NCBI GenBank assembly: GCA_934216505.1
Contig: CAKQBW010000003.1
Span: forward strand, 7,084 to 71,083
Direction: 5' to 3'
Source: an uncultured Alphaproteobacteria bacterium
GTDB lineage: Bacteria > Pseudomonadota > Alphaproteobacteria > CAAHEQ01 > UBA3637
Length of the DNA: 64,000 nt
Position numbers and translations under genes: made by a program. The notes under the pieces are model-generated. The model did no database searches and was not told the origin of the DNA. It saw only the letters and a list, made by a program, of their open reading frames with translations. Below, one piece after another: positions 9,377 through 18,333 of this stretch; the first letter of the stretch is position 1, and each line of letters begins with the position of its first letter.

Positions 9377-11176
9377 TTACTTTTTAAATGTTTCCAAAGA
9401 AACAGGAATTAAATCCCCTCGTTTGATTTCAAATACCCAATTTTCTTGAGTATCAATAATACATAAATTTCCGCACACGGTTTCAGTAAATTTTCGGATT
9501 TGTTCTATCTTTTTTTCTACCTCAGCCCGTGAGTTCCCCATAGCCGTATTAACATAGGGCATAAAATGATAAGTGGAAGTCCATTCTAAATTTAATTTTG
9601 CTTTCTTTAACCCCTGAACAAAATCTTGCATATAAGGACATGTTATATTTTCCATTTCGGGTATGTAAACAAACAGCCGTTTGGACTCTTGAGGATAGTT
9701 TTTCCTTACGAATTGAAGCATATCCCCCGTCAGATATTTGACTTTTACGCCTGTATCTCCGTAAATAACCTCTTGGTAGGAGGGTTGCTTTGATTTGACA
9801 TAATAAGAAACCATCAACAAAATAACCAAAACAATAACAACACCCATTAAAATTTTTACTATTGTATTTACCAATGTATCTTTTTTATTTTTTAAAGATA
9901 GATTTTGTTGAGGCATCCCCTCCGTCAAACTATTTGAAGTACTTAATGAATCCAGAACGGGGGCTTGAAAATTCAAAGAATCATTCGCAGCAAAATTTTC
10001 TTCTTCTGTATTGACAAACGAATCCAATCCATCATAACCATTTTCAGGGGGGAGCGCATCTAAATCTTCTTCTGACTTGAAATTTTTTTCTAACAAAAGC
10101 CCCCGAACTAAAATATAACTTAAAAAAACGATAATTCCATATATAACATATAGCAAAAAATTTCCTTTTTCTAACATGGGGATACCTTGCACTAATTCAG
10201 GTCTTATCAACATGAGTAAAGGAATTATTTTTTCACTTAAAGACAAAAACATTTGTATACAAACAGAAATCCCCATTAGTGGTAAAAGAATAAGACTTAT
10301 TTGAGTATGTGCCTTGGCAATTTCTTTCACAAACCACAACCAAATCATCATAATAATAGCAATCAAACAACAAGCCCCAGATACAATTAAAAGATATTTA
10401 GCCATTTGAATTCTATATTCATAACCGCCAACAACTGTTAAAAATCCAGTTGCTTGAGCTTCTATTAAATCCTTCACTTCTACAGAATATTTTTTCAATA
10501 GAGCCCCACCCACAAACACAAACAATCCCATCAACAATGTTAATGTTATTTTCAGGCTTATTCTTTCCAATGGAATAATTTTGTTTTTTATAAATAAAGG
10601 TTGGGGATTGCCTCGCTTTTGATGGAAAAATAATCCAACGATAACAAAGCATATGACAACGCCATAATAAATATAAGAGCTATGCCATTTAAATAACGTT
10701 GGCAAAGTTAAATTTGACCCCATGGAAATCTTAAGAGGATCTATTGCAAGCATCCAAAAAGGGGCCGTCAAATGAATAATGTCTAATAACCATAAACCAT
10801 TCGTAAAAAAACGACTTAGTAATTTATGAATCAAAGAAACGCTAAATATCAAACCTATACCACAAAATAGAAAAAGTATCCCCAAATTAGGAATTGTATT
10901 GAAAAACCATGAAATGCGCATTCCTATTAAAAATACAGGAAATAAAAAAACAAATGCCCCTGTTAAAAGCCATAAAGAAATGTTATCCATCAGGGAATAT
11001 TTGTTTTTACCAGAAACCTTCCAAGTACAAAAATAAAAGAGGCCTATTTCTACTAACATTAAAACAAAGCCCCAAAAATTTATTTTAATGACCTGAAATG
11101 GAAAAAAATTCCACGTTAATACTCCAAACATCAATCCCGCTAAAAGCGTCAGAAAAATTTTCCCACTTTTTGACAT
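9377..11176 (-). CDS. Orphan polytopic membrane protein with a C-terminal soluble domain
   Basis: About a dozen hydrophobic segments, an acidic linker, one further TM segment, then about 140 soluble aa. I recognised no family motif. The gene looks AT-rich by eye. Confidence 0.5.
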   Translation of the reverse strand: MSKSGKIFLTLLAGLMFGVLTWNFFPFQVIKINFWGFVLMLVEIGLFYFCTWKVSGKNKYSLMDNISLWLLTGAFVFLFPVFLIGMRISWFFNTIPNLGILFLFCGIGLIFSVSLIHKLLSRFFTNGLWLLDIIHLTAPFWMLAIDPLKISMGSNLTLPTLFKWHSSYIYYGVVICFVIVGLFFHQKRGNPQPLFIKNKIIPLERISLKITLTLLMGLFVFVGGALLKKYSVEVKDLIEAQATGFLTVVGGYEYRIQMAKYLLIVSGACCLIAIIMMIWLWFVKEIAKAHTQISLILLPLMGISVCIQMFLSLSEKIIPLLMLIRPELVQGIPMLEKGNFLLYVIYGIIVFLSYILVRGLLLEKNFKSEEDLDALPPENGYDGLDSFVNTEEENFAANDSLNFQAPVLDSLSTSNSLTEGMPQQNLSLKNKKDTLVNTIVKILMGVVIVLVILLMVSYYVKSKQPSYQEVIYGDTGVKVKYLTGDMLQFVRKNYPQESKRLFVYIPEMENITCPYMQDFVQGLKKAKLNLEWTSTYHFMPYVNTAMGNSRAEVEKKIEQIRKFTETVCGNLCIIDTQENWVFEIKRGDLIPVSLETFKK

Positions 11177-11365
11177 AATTTTCCACTTTCATTTTTGATT
11201 CATAGAAATATGATTTCACAATTTATAGTAAATGTCAATAGAAATCAAGAGGCTTTACATGATTCGTTCTTAGGAAAGAACGTCATACAAAATGATACTT
11301 TTTAAAGCAATAAAGATTATCACAAAAGCCCTTGATAGGGGGTGGTTCGGGGAAAAATTTTTGTC

Positions 11366-11394
11366 TTGCAATTTATTCTGATTTGTGCTATAAA
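11366..11394 (+). promoter_or_regulatory. Candidate sigma70 promoter for tig
   Basis: TTGCAA (11366-11371), a 17-nt spacer, then TATAAA (11389-11394). It lies about 30 nt upstream of the tig ATG. Confidence 0.45.
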
Positions 11395-11425
11395 AACACT
11401 ACTTATTTTAACAAAAGGAACAAAT

Positions 11426-12742
11426 ATGTCAAAACTCAATCAAACTTTAAAAATCAAAATCAAAGCTGATACTTTTGCGCAAAAAATGACCGATCGGTTA
11501 GAAAATCTTCGTAAAGAAGCCAAAATCCAAGGGTTTCGCCCTGGTCAAGCTCCTTTGGCGATGATTCGCAAAAAATATGAAAATGCCGTCAAAGGCGAAG
11601 TGTTGGACGATTTAATCAATCAGGAAGTGGCCAAAGCCATTAAAGAAAAAGGCGTGCGCCCTGCGATGCGGCCTGCGGTCAAAATGGATAAGTTTGAAGA
11701 TGGAAAAGACATTGAATTGACTGTGGATTTTGAGGCTTTACCTGAAATCAAAGTCAAAAAATTTGATGACATTAAAATTGAAAAAATGGTGGCCAAGGCG
11801 ACGGATAAAGAAATTCAAGAATCTTTGGATAAGTTGGCCAATGCTCACAAAACAAGTGAGGCTGTCAAAGCCGAACGTCCCACCCAAAAAGGCGATGTGA
11901 TTGTGATTGACTTTACAGGGTCTGTTGATGGCAAAGAATTTAAAGGCGGGGCCAGTAAAGGGGCTTATTTGGAATTAGGATCTCATACTTTTATCCCTGG
12001 ATTTGAAGATCAATTGACGGGGCATAAAGTGGGGGACAAAGTAGATGTGAATGTGGTCTTCCCTGAAGATTATCATGCCAAGGAATTAGCGGGTAAAAAA
12101 GCCCTATTTAAAACAGAAATCAAGGAAATGCGTCAATGGAAATTGCCCGCCTTTGACGATTCCTTTGCCAAAAAGTTTGGCGTAGAAAACATGGATAAAT
12201 TAAAGGAAATGATTCAAACCGAGTTGGAAAAAGAATACGCCCGTGTGGCGCGTTTGCATGAAAAGCGGGCGTTATTGGATGCTTTGGATGCACAATACGA
12301 TTTTGACATTCCTGAAGGCATGGTCAAGGCAGAAATGGACAGCATTTGGGCCCAATATGAACAAGCCAAAAAGAACAATCAATTAGATGACGAAGAAAAG
12401 AAAAAGTCTGAATCTGATTTGAAAAAAGAATACGAAAAGATTGCAGAACGTCGTGTGCGTTTAGGCTTATTGTTGGCTAAAATTGCTGATGAAAATAAAC
12501 TTTCTGTTTCTCAGGAAGATTTGACGAAGGCGATTATGGCCGAAGCCCGCCGCTACCCTGGACAAGAAAAGAAAGTTTTTGAATACTATACTAAAAATCC
12601 GCAAGCCTTAGAGGCCGTGCGTGCCCCTGTGTTTGAAGAAAAAATCGTTGATTTTCTTTTGACAAAAGTGACGGTGGCGGATAAGGCTGTCTCTGTGACG
12701 GATTTGTATGCTTTTGACCCAGATGTTAAGGCCAAAAAATAA
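11426..12742 (+). CDS. tig: Trigger factor
   Basis: GFRPGQAP ribosome-binding signature, a central FKBP-like region (GDVIVIDF.GSVDGKEF.GG), and the tig-clpP-clpX context. I chose the ATG at 11426 over the upstream GTG. Confidence 0.9.
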   Translation: MSKLNQTLKIKIKADTFAQKMTDRLENLRKEAKIQGFRPGQAPLAMIRKKYENAVKGEVLDDLINQEVAKAIKEKGVRPAMRPAVKMDKFEDGKDIELTVDFEALPEIKVKKFDDIKIEKMVAKATDKEIQESLDKLANAHKTSEAVKAERPTQKGDVIVIDFTGSVDGKEFKGGASKGAYLELGSHTFIPGFEDQLTGHKVGDKVDVNVVFPEDYHAKELAGKKALFKTEIKEMRQWKLPAFDDSFAKKFGVENMDKLKEMIQTELEKEYARVARLHEKRALLDALDAQYDFDIPEGMVKAEMDSIWAQYEQAKKNNQLDDEEKKKSESDLKKEYEKIAERRVRLGLLLAKIADENKLSVSQEDLTKAIMAEARRYPGQEKKVFEYYTKNPQALEAVRAPVFEEKIVDFLLTKVTVADKAVSVTDLYAFDPDVKAKK

Positions 12743-12751
12743 AGGTGAAAA

Positions 12752-13456
12752 ATGGCAAAAGAACTTTCCATCCAAACGATGGCCTTTAAAAAGTTATTAA
12801 AGATGGCTATGGAGGGTTCTTTTGACCTTTATACGACAATGGGTGAAAAAAACGAAAAAAAAGTTTGGCCCGTGTGTTGTTTGGACCCGTTGGAAAGGTT
12901 GGTGCGACGTTCGCAAAAAATGACCCGACAAGAGGCATTGAATGAAACTTTAATGAACTTACCTTTGGGGGATCTTCCCAAAAGCAAGGCACAAATGGAA
13001 AGAGAACGAAAGGTGATTCAATTGACGCTTTGGGCAGGGGCAGATCCGAATTGTTCCAATCGTTATGGAAATGCGTTCAATGAGTTTTGGGAGAATCGCA
13101 AGTTTTATGGAGCGTTGGAATTGGCCAAAGATATCCGCTTTACTCTTCCACCAAATTTAGAGGCATTATATCAGGAGTTGGAAAAAAATCTGACTTTAAG
13201 GGGGGAAACCCGTATTGGGGCTTCAGCGATGGCGCAAAGACAGTCTTTAATATATCAAAAGGAATTACTGACCACTTTGCTTCAAAAACAGATGTTTCCT
13301 TGTGATAAACAAGTTTTAAAAAAATTATCCCAAATTGTGTTGGAAGAAGGCTCATCTTCTGTAGGAAGGAAAACAGGGGCTTTTCCTTTGAGACGCCCCC
13401 AAACACTGAGATCTTTATGTCGGATTGTTCAGATAAAAAGAAAGGAGAAAAATTGA
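12752..13456 (+). CDS. Hypothetical protein inserted between tig and clpP; one ankyrin-like motif
   Basis: The segment [22 protein letters not shown] resembles an ANK repeat turn. The stop overlaps the clpP ATG (TGATG). Confidence 0.4.
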   Translation: MAKELSIQTMAFKKLLKMAMEGSFDLYTTMGEKNEKKVWPVCCLDPLERLVRRSQKMTRQEALNETLMNLPLGDLPKSKAQMERERKVIQLTLWAGADPNCSNRYGNAFNEFWENRKFYGALELAKDIRFTLPPNLEALYQELEKNLTLRGETRIGASAMAQRQSLIYQKELLTTLLQKQMFPCDKQVLKKLSQIVLEEGSSSVGRKTGAFPLRRPQTLRSLCRIVQIKRKEKN

Positions 13457-14049
13457 TGCAAATAAGGGATACTTTAGTGCCGACCGTGATTGAAACAACG
13501 GGACGTGGGGAAAGAGCTTTTGATATTTATTCACGGCTCTTAAAGGAAAGAATCGTCTTTTTGACGGGAGAAGTCAATGATGAAGTGGCGAGTTTGATTT
13601 GTGCGCAACTTTTGTTTTTAGAGGCCGAAAATCCCGATAAAGAAATTTCCTTTTACATTAACTCTCCTGGGGGTGTTGTCACATCGGGACTGGCGATTTT
13701 GGATACAATGAACTATATTAAATGTCCGGTTTCAACGGTGTGTATGGGGCAAGCGTGCAGTATGGGGTCTTTGCTTTTAACCTGCGGGGAAAAGGGGAGG
13801 CGTTTTGCATTGCCGAATGCACGAGTGATGATTCATCAACCCAGTGGTGGTTTCCAAGGGCAAGCCACTGATATGGAAATTCATGTCAAAGAAATCTTGG
13901 CCATTAAAAAGCGGTTAAATCAAATTTATGTTCAACAAACGGGAAAGCCTTTAAAGGAAATTGAAGCGGCAATGGAACGGGACAATTTTATGACCGCTGA
14001 AGAAGCCAAAGCCTTTGGCTTGATTGATGCAGTGATTGAAAAAAAGTAA
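13456..14049 (+). CDS. clpP: ATP-dependent Clp protease proteolytic subunit
   Basis: [26 protein letters not shown], the active-site context GQACSMGS, and MIHQP. Confidence 0.95.
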   Translation: MQIRDTLVPTVIETTGRGERAFDIYSRLLKERIVFLTGEVNDEVASLICAQLLFLEAENPDKEISFYINSPGGVVTSGLAILDTMNYIKCPVSTVCMGQACSMGSLLLTCGEKGRRFALPNARVMIHQPSGGFQGQATDMEIHVKEILAIKKRLNQIYVQQTGKPLKEIEAAMERDNFMTAEEAKAFGLIDAVIEKK

Positions 14050-14058
14050 GGACAGAAA

Positions 14059-15309
14059 ATGGAAAATAGGATATGTTCCTTTTGCGGTAAGACCCAAAAA
14101 GAAGTAAAAAAACTGATTGCGGGGAAAATGGAAAAATCATCTGATGGTCAGGTAAAGACCGTTTATATCTGTGATGAATGTGTGGGATTGTGCCAAGATG
14201 TGTTGAAAGAGGAAGTTCAAAAAAATCCTCAATTAGAGTTGGAAGGATTAGGGGGAGAAAAGCCCTTGAAAAAACCCGCTGAACTCAAGGCCTTTTTGGA
14301 CGAATATGTGATTGGGCAGGAAGCCGCCAAAAAAGTCCTGTCGGTAGCCGTATATAACCATTACAAGCGGTTAAAAAATTTGGAAAAAGTAGATGGAGTG
14401 GAATTGGATAAATCCAATATCCTTTTACTGGGGGCCACAGGGTGTGGGAAAACTTTGTTGGCTCGGACTTTGGCCAAAGTATTAGAAGTTCCCTTTGCTA
14501 TCGCCGATGCGACCACTTTGACCGAAGCAGGCTATGTGGGGGAAGATGTAGAAAATGTGGTATTGAAACTTTTACAGGCCGCCAATTATGATGTCGCCGC
14601 CGCTGAAAAAGGGATTATTTATATTGATGAAATTGATAAAATTGCCCGTAAGTCTGATGGCCCCTCTATCACACGTGATGTGTCGGGCGAAGGGGTGCAA
14701 CAGGCTCTTTTGAAAATGATCGAAGGAACCGAAGCAAGTTTGCCCCCGCAAGGCGGCCGCAAACACCCCAACCAAGAATACATTAAAGTCAATACACGCC
14801 ATATTTTGTTTATTTGTGGTGGGGCTTTTGATGGCTTGGATAAAGTGATTGCACAACGTCAGGCAGAATACTCGATTGGGTTTGGTAGCCAGATTAAAAA
14901 TAAAGAACATTTGAATACCAACGAATTGTTAAAGGATTTGGAACCTAATGACCTTCTGAAGTATGGGTTGATTCCCGAATTTATTGGACGCTTACCTGTC
15001 CATGTGGCCTTACAAGAATTGGATGAAAAAGCACTTGTTCAAATTTTAAAAGAACCCAAAAATGCGCTTGTCAAACAATATCAGGCTTTGTTCAAAATGG
15101 AAAATGTGCAACTGACTTTGACGGAAGAAGCCTGCCATGAGATTGCCAAACAAGCCCTCAAGCGGAAAACGGGGGCCCGTGGGTTGCGTTCTATTATGGA
15201 AAATTTGTTGATGGATTTGATGTATTCTATCCCAAGCCAAAAGAATGTCAAAGAAATTATTATTGACGCAGATGTTGTTTTGGGCAAAAAGAAACCTAAA
15301 ATAAAATAG
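14059..15309 (+). CDS. clpX: ATP-dependent Clp protease ATP-binding subunit ClpX
   Basis: Zinc finger CSFCGK...CDEC, Walker A GATGCGKT, and IIYIDEIDK. Confidence 0.95.
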   Translation: MENRICSFCGKTQKEVKKLIAGKMEKSSDGQVKTVYICDECVGLCQDVLKEEVQKNPQLELEGLGGEKPLKKPAELKAFLDEYVIGQEAAKKVLSVAVYNHYKRLKNLEKVDGVELDKSNILLLGATGCGKTLLARTLAKVLEVPFAIADATTLTEAGYVGEDVENVVLKLLQAANYDVAAAEKGIIYIDEIDKIARKSDGPSITRDVSGEGVQQALLKMIEGTEASLPPQGGRKHPNQEYIKVNTRHILFICGGAFDGLDKVIAQRQAEYSIGFGSQIKNKEHLNTNELLKDLEPNDLLKYGLIPEFIGRLPVHVALQELDEKALVQILKEPKNALVKQYQALFKMENVQLTLTEEACHEIAKQALKRKTGARGLRSIMENLLMDLMYSIPSQKNVKEIIIDADVVLGKKKPKIK

Positions 15310-15316
15310 GAGGAAT

Positions 15317-16243
15317 ATGCAAAAATACGCCTTTCTTTTTCCAGGTCAAGGAAGCCAATTTATTGGAATGGGGGCGGATTTAGCCCAAGAGTTTCCTGTG
15401 GCCCGAATGGTTTTTCAAGAGGTAGATGACGCATTGCACCAATCCTTGTCGTCTTTGATGTTTTCGGGCGATAAAGACGATTTAATCCAAACACAAAATG
15501 CCCAACCAGCAATTATGGCGGTATCGGTGGCCATCTTTAAGATTTTAGAAACAGAGGGAAGTGCTATTGAAGAAATGGCCTCTATGATGGCGGGGCATTC
15601 TTTGGGGGAATATAGTGCTTTGTGTGTGTCGGGGGCCCTGAGTTTGTCGCAAACGGCCCGCCTGTTAAAGGTCAGAGGACAGGCGATGGCAGAGGCTTCC
15701 CGTACAAATAAAGGGGGCATGTTGGCTTTACTGGGGGCGACGTTGGAACAGGCCCAAGAAATTGCCACGAAAACAGATTCTTTTATTGCCAATGATAACT
15801 GCGTGGGGCAAATTGTTTTAAGTGGGGTGGTTTCTTCTCTGGCTTCGGCACAAATTTTGTCAGGCCAAATGAAATTAAGGGCAATTCCTTTGGCGGTATC
15901 GGGGGGCTTTCATTGTCCGTTGATGCAACCTGCGGCGGAATGTTTAGCGCAAGAACTTCGGCAAATCCAATTTAATACCCCCAAGGTCCCCATTTACTTT
16001 AATGTGTTGGCGCAACCAGAACAAAATCCCGCCTTATTTTCGGATTTGTTGATTCAACAACTGACGCATCCCGTGCGTTGGCGTGAAACGATTTTAAATA
16101 TGCCTGAAACTCACTTTGTGGAATGTGGGCCTGGGACCGTTTTATCAGGGCTGATGCGGCGTATAGGAAAAGAACAAACAACCCTGAATGGGTGTTCGGT
16201 TGCACAAGTCAAAGACTTGATAGAAAAACTTTCAATAAAATAA
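15317..16243 (+). CDS. fabD: Malonyl-CoA:ACP transacylase
   Basis: FLFPGQGSQ and GHSLGEYSAL motifs. Confidence 0.92.
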   Translation: MQKYAFLFPGQGSQFIGMGADLAQEFPVARMVFQEVDDALHQSLSSLMFSGDKDDLIQTQNAQPAIMAVSVAIFKILETEGSAIEEMASMMAGHSLGEYSALCVSGALSLSQTARLLKVRGQAMAEASRTNKGGMLALLGATLEQAQEIATKTDSFIANDNCVGQIVLSGVVSSLASAQILSGQMKLRAIPLAVSGGFHCPLMQPAAECLAQELRQIQFNTPKVPIYFNVLAQPEQNPALFSDLLIQQLTHPVRWRETILNMPETHFVECGPGTVLSGLMRRIGKEQTTLNGCSVAQVKDLIEKLSIK

Positions 16244-16252
16244 AAAAAGTGC

Positions 16253-16281
16253 TTGCAATTTTAAAATAAATTTGCTAATAT
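16253..16281 (+). promoter_or_regulatory. Candidate sigma70 promoter for tRNA-Asp
   Basis: TTGCAA (16253-16258), a 17-nt spacer, then TAATAT (16276-16281). It ends about 20 nt upstream of the tRNA. Confidence 0.45.
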
Positions 16282-16301
16282 AGGGGCATTCTCGTGAATG
16301 C

Positions 16302-16379
16302 GGGGTTGTAGCTCAGCTGGTTTAGAGCGTCTGCCTGTCACGCAGAAGGTCGAGGGTTCGAGCCCCTTCAATCCCGCCA
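16302..16379 (+). tRNA. tRNA-Asp (GTC)
   Basis: Hand-folded cloverleaf. Acceptor stem GGGGTTG/CAATCCC, anticodon arm TCTGC-CTGTCAC-GCAGA, T-loop TTCGAGC, and an encoded GCCA end. Confidence 0.9.
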
Positions 16380-16411
16380 GTTTTCTTAAGCCATGCCTTT
16401 CGTTTGAAAGG

Positions 16412-17032
16412 TTATTTTTTTACCGAATTTTGGATATCTATGCCTTCGGCAACTAACAATCGCCGGATAGTCGTTCGGCTGACTTTGAATTGGCGGGCAA
16501 TTTGGGCTTTGGGAACATTTTGATAATACATTTCTATAATGTCTTTTTTATGGCGCTTCAGGTTTTTAAAAGCACACTGAAAACCAAAGGGGCGTCCCAG
16601 ATGCTTTCCTTCTGCTTTGAGTCGGTTAAGGGATTCTTTTGTCCTTTGTGAAATTAGTTGCCTTTCAATTTCAGCCGACAGGGCAAAAGCAAACGCCAAA
16701 ACTTTGGATTGTAAATCAGCCCCCAATTTGTAATGTTCTTTAATGGTCCAAATTTGGCATTCTTTTTCTAAACAGTTTTGTAAAATCCCCATAATTTGAA
16801 GTAAGTTGCGCCCTAACCGAGAGATTTCAGAGGCAATTAAAATATCGCCTTCTTTTAAATTTTTTAATAATTTCCCGAGTTTTCTGTCCTTTAGTTGCAC
16901 CCGAGAAGAAATGGTTTCTTCTATCCATTTATTGATGAGAATATGATGTTTTTGGCAGTAATTTTCAATTTCAAATTTTTGATTAGCAACGCTTTGATGA
17001 TCAGTTGAAACCCGAATATACCCATAAATCAT
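16412..17032 (-). CDS. Serine recombinase (resolvase/invertase family)
   Basis: MIYGYIRVSTDHQ catalytic serine motif, SRLGRN, and a C-terminal HTH (IARQFKVSRTTIRR). It lies immediately 3' of tRNA-Asp. Confidence 0.88.
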   Translation of the reverse strand: MIYGYIRVSTDHQSVANQKFEIENYCQKHHILINKWIEETISSRVQLKDRKLGKLLKNLKEGDILIASEISRLGRNLLQIMGILQNCLEKECQIWTIKEHYKLGADLQSKVLAFAFALSAEIERQLISQRTKESLNRLKAEGKHLGRPFGFQCAFKNLKRHKKDIIEMYYQNVPKAQIARQFKVSRTTIRRLLVAEGIDIQNSVKK

Positions 17033-17442
17033 CTTTCTGTAATCCTTTTCTGTATTTATTGACTTGGATTATAATAAAATAAAGATGTTTTGAGCGAACT
17101 GATAGACCAACATTTAGTACAGGGGGATATTTTTTGATATTTGTACAGGGCTTAAAAGGTGAAAAAATGTACTCTGTTATTTTGTATTTCCTGTATTTTT
17201 TCAAATTTATTCTTTACTTTTGCCGCTAAATGATATATCATACTATCGTATATAAAATACGGACAATTAAATGTTGGATTAAGACACTTTACATATTAAA
17301 AGTTGTAAAATTTGAAAATTATTAAAAAAATAGCTACTTAAAGTTGTGTTTTTAAAAAAATAAGTGTATAGTAAGACTATCGGTGCAAGTGTACTAATAA
17401 AATTTTAGAAAAAGAACCCAAAGCATATAATAGGAGGGTGTT

Positions 17443-18327
17443 ATGTTAAAAAGAAATATGATTCTGTTAAAGAAACTCATGACCTTAAAAGAAGTAATTG
17501 ATTTTGGTCAGATTCAAATGGCTGCCTCTAAAAATGGATTAAGGCAGTCTAATTTTTCTCATTTAATCAGTCAATTGGAAAATGATTTAAAATGTAATTT
17601 ATTAATGCGTTCTTCAACAGGGGTGACTCCGACAAATACGGCGCAACTGTTGTATGTTGAAATTCAAAAAATTTCTGATATATTGGAAAATATCAATACT
17701 TCTTTTATCAAATCAGAGGACCTATCGGGCACTTTAAATCTTTGGACAGAAATAGGTATTGTGGGAAACTATATTATCAAAAATTTATCTGATTTTTATG
17801 CTATGTACCCCAAAATTAGATTAAATATCTTAACCGAAAAGAACATAGATTTGAAAAATGTGGATATCGCTATCTTGGATACACAAAGGTATGCGATTCC
17901 CAAAACAGCCACACGATTGTTTTCATTTAAAACACAATCCCATTTTTATACAACGCAAAAGTATTTGAATACTCATGGTACGCCAAAGGATTTAGATGAT
18001 CTAACGGAAAATTTTGATTTATGTATTCGGACACATGATTTACAACTGCCTGAAATGGTTCATATTTTGAAAAAGGCAAAACACTTAAATACAACCTCTG
18101 ATTCGGGGGCGGTTATTTTTAGATTGATTGCAGATAATGGGGGTATTTCTTTGTTTCCAGATTGGATGGTTAATTTATCACCAAACTTAATTCCTGTCAA
18201 ATCGTTGGATTTTTCCGTAGATAAGCATTTCATCGCTTTTTCCCCAAAAAAAGGAATAGATCCTCGTGTTTCGTTGTATATTGAACACACCAAAAGAGCG
18301 AATCGCTATAACCTGAAATTTGAATAA
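17443..18327 (+). CDS. LysR-family transcriptional regulator
   Basis: N-terminal HTH F..V.DFG.I..AA...GL.QS.FS..I..LE..L...L..R, followed by a substrate-binding-size C-terminus. Confidence 0.75.
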   Translation: MLKRNMILLKKLMTLKEVIDFGQIQMAASKNGLRQSNFSHLISQLENDLKCNLLMRSSTGVTPTNTAQLLYVEIQKISDILENINTSFIKSEDLSGTLNLWTEIGIVGNYIIKNLSDFYAMYPKIRLNILTEKNIDLKNVDIAILDTQRYAIPKTATRLFSFKTQSHFYTTQKYLNTHGTPKDLDDLTENFDLCIRTHDLQLPEMVHILKKAKHLNTTSDSGAVIFRLIADNGGISLFPDWMVNLSPNLIPVKSLDFSVDKHFIAFSPKKGIDPRVSLYIEHTKRANRYNLKFE

Positions 18328-18333
18328 AGGAGA

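Noticed and set aside
16282-16293. The 11-mer AGGGGCATTCT is shared between the tRNA-Asp leader (16282-16292) and the fba upstream region (62450-62460), together with TTTTAAAATAAATT nearby in both
   Set aside because: In both places the sequence overlaps AT-rich promoter elements, but in opposite functional orientation. It is too short and too low in complexity to call a repeat family without a genome-wide count.
16412-17032. Possibility that the serine recombinase is a Hin/Gin-type invertase controlling a flanking invertible segment
   Set aside because: I found no convincing inverted repeats flanking a promoter or gene segment in 16.3-18.4 kb. Only direct repeats were seen, and these are reported as a low-interest finding.
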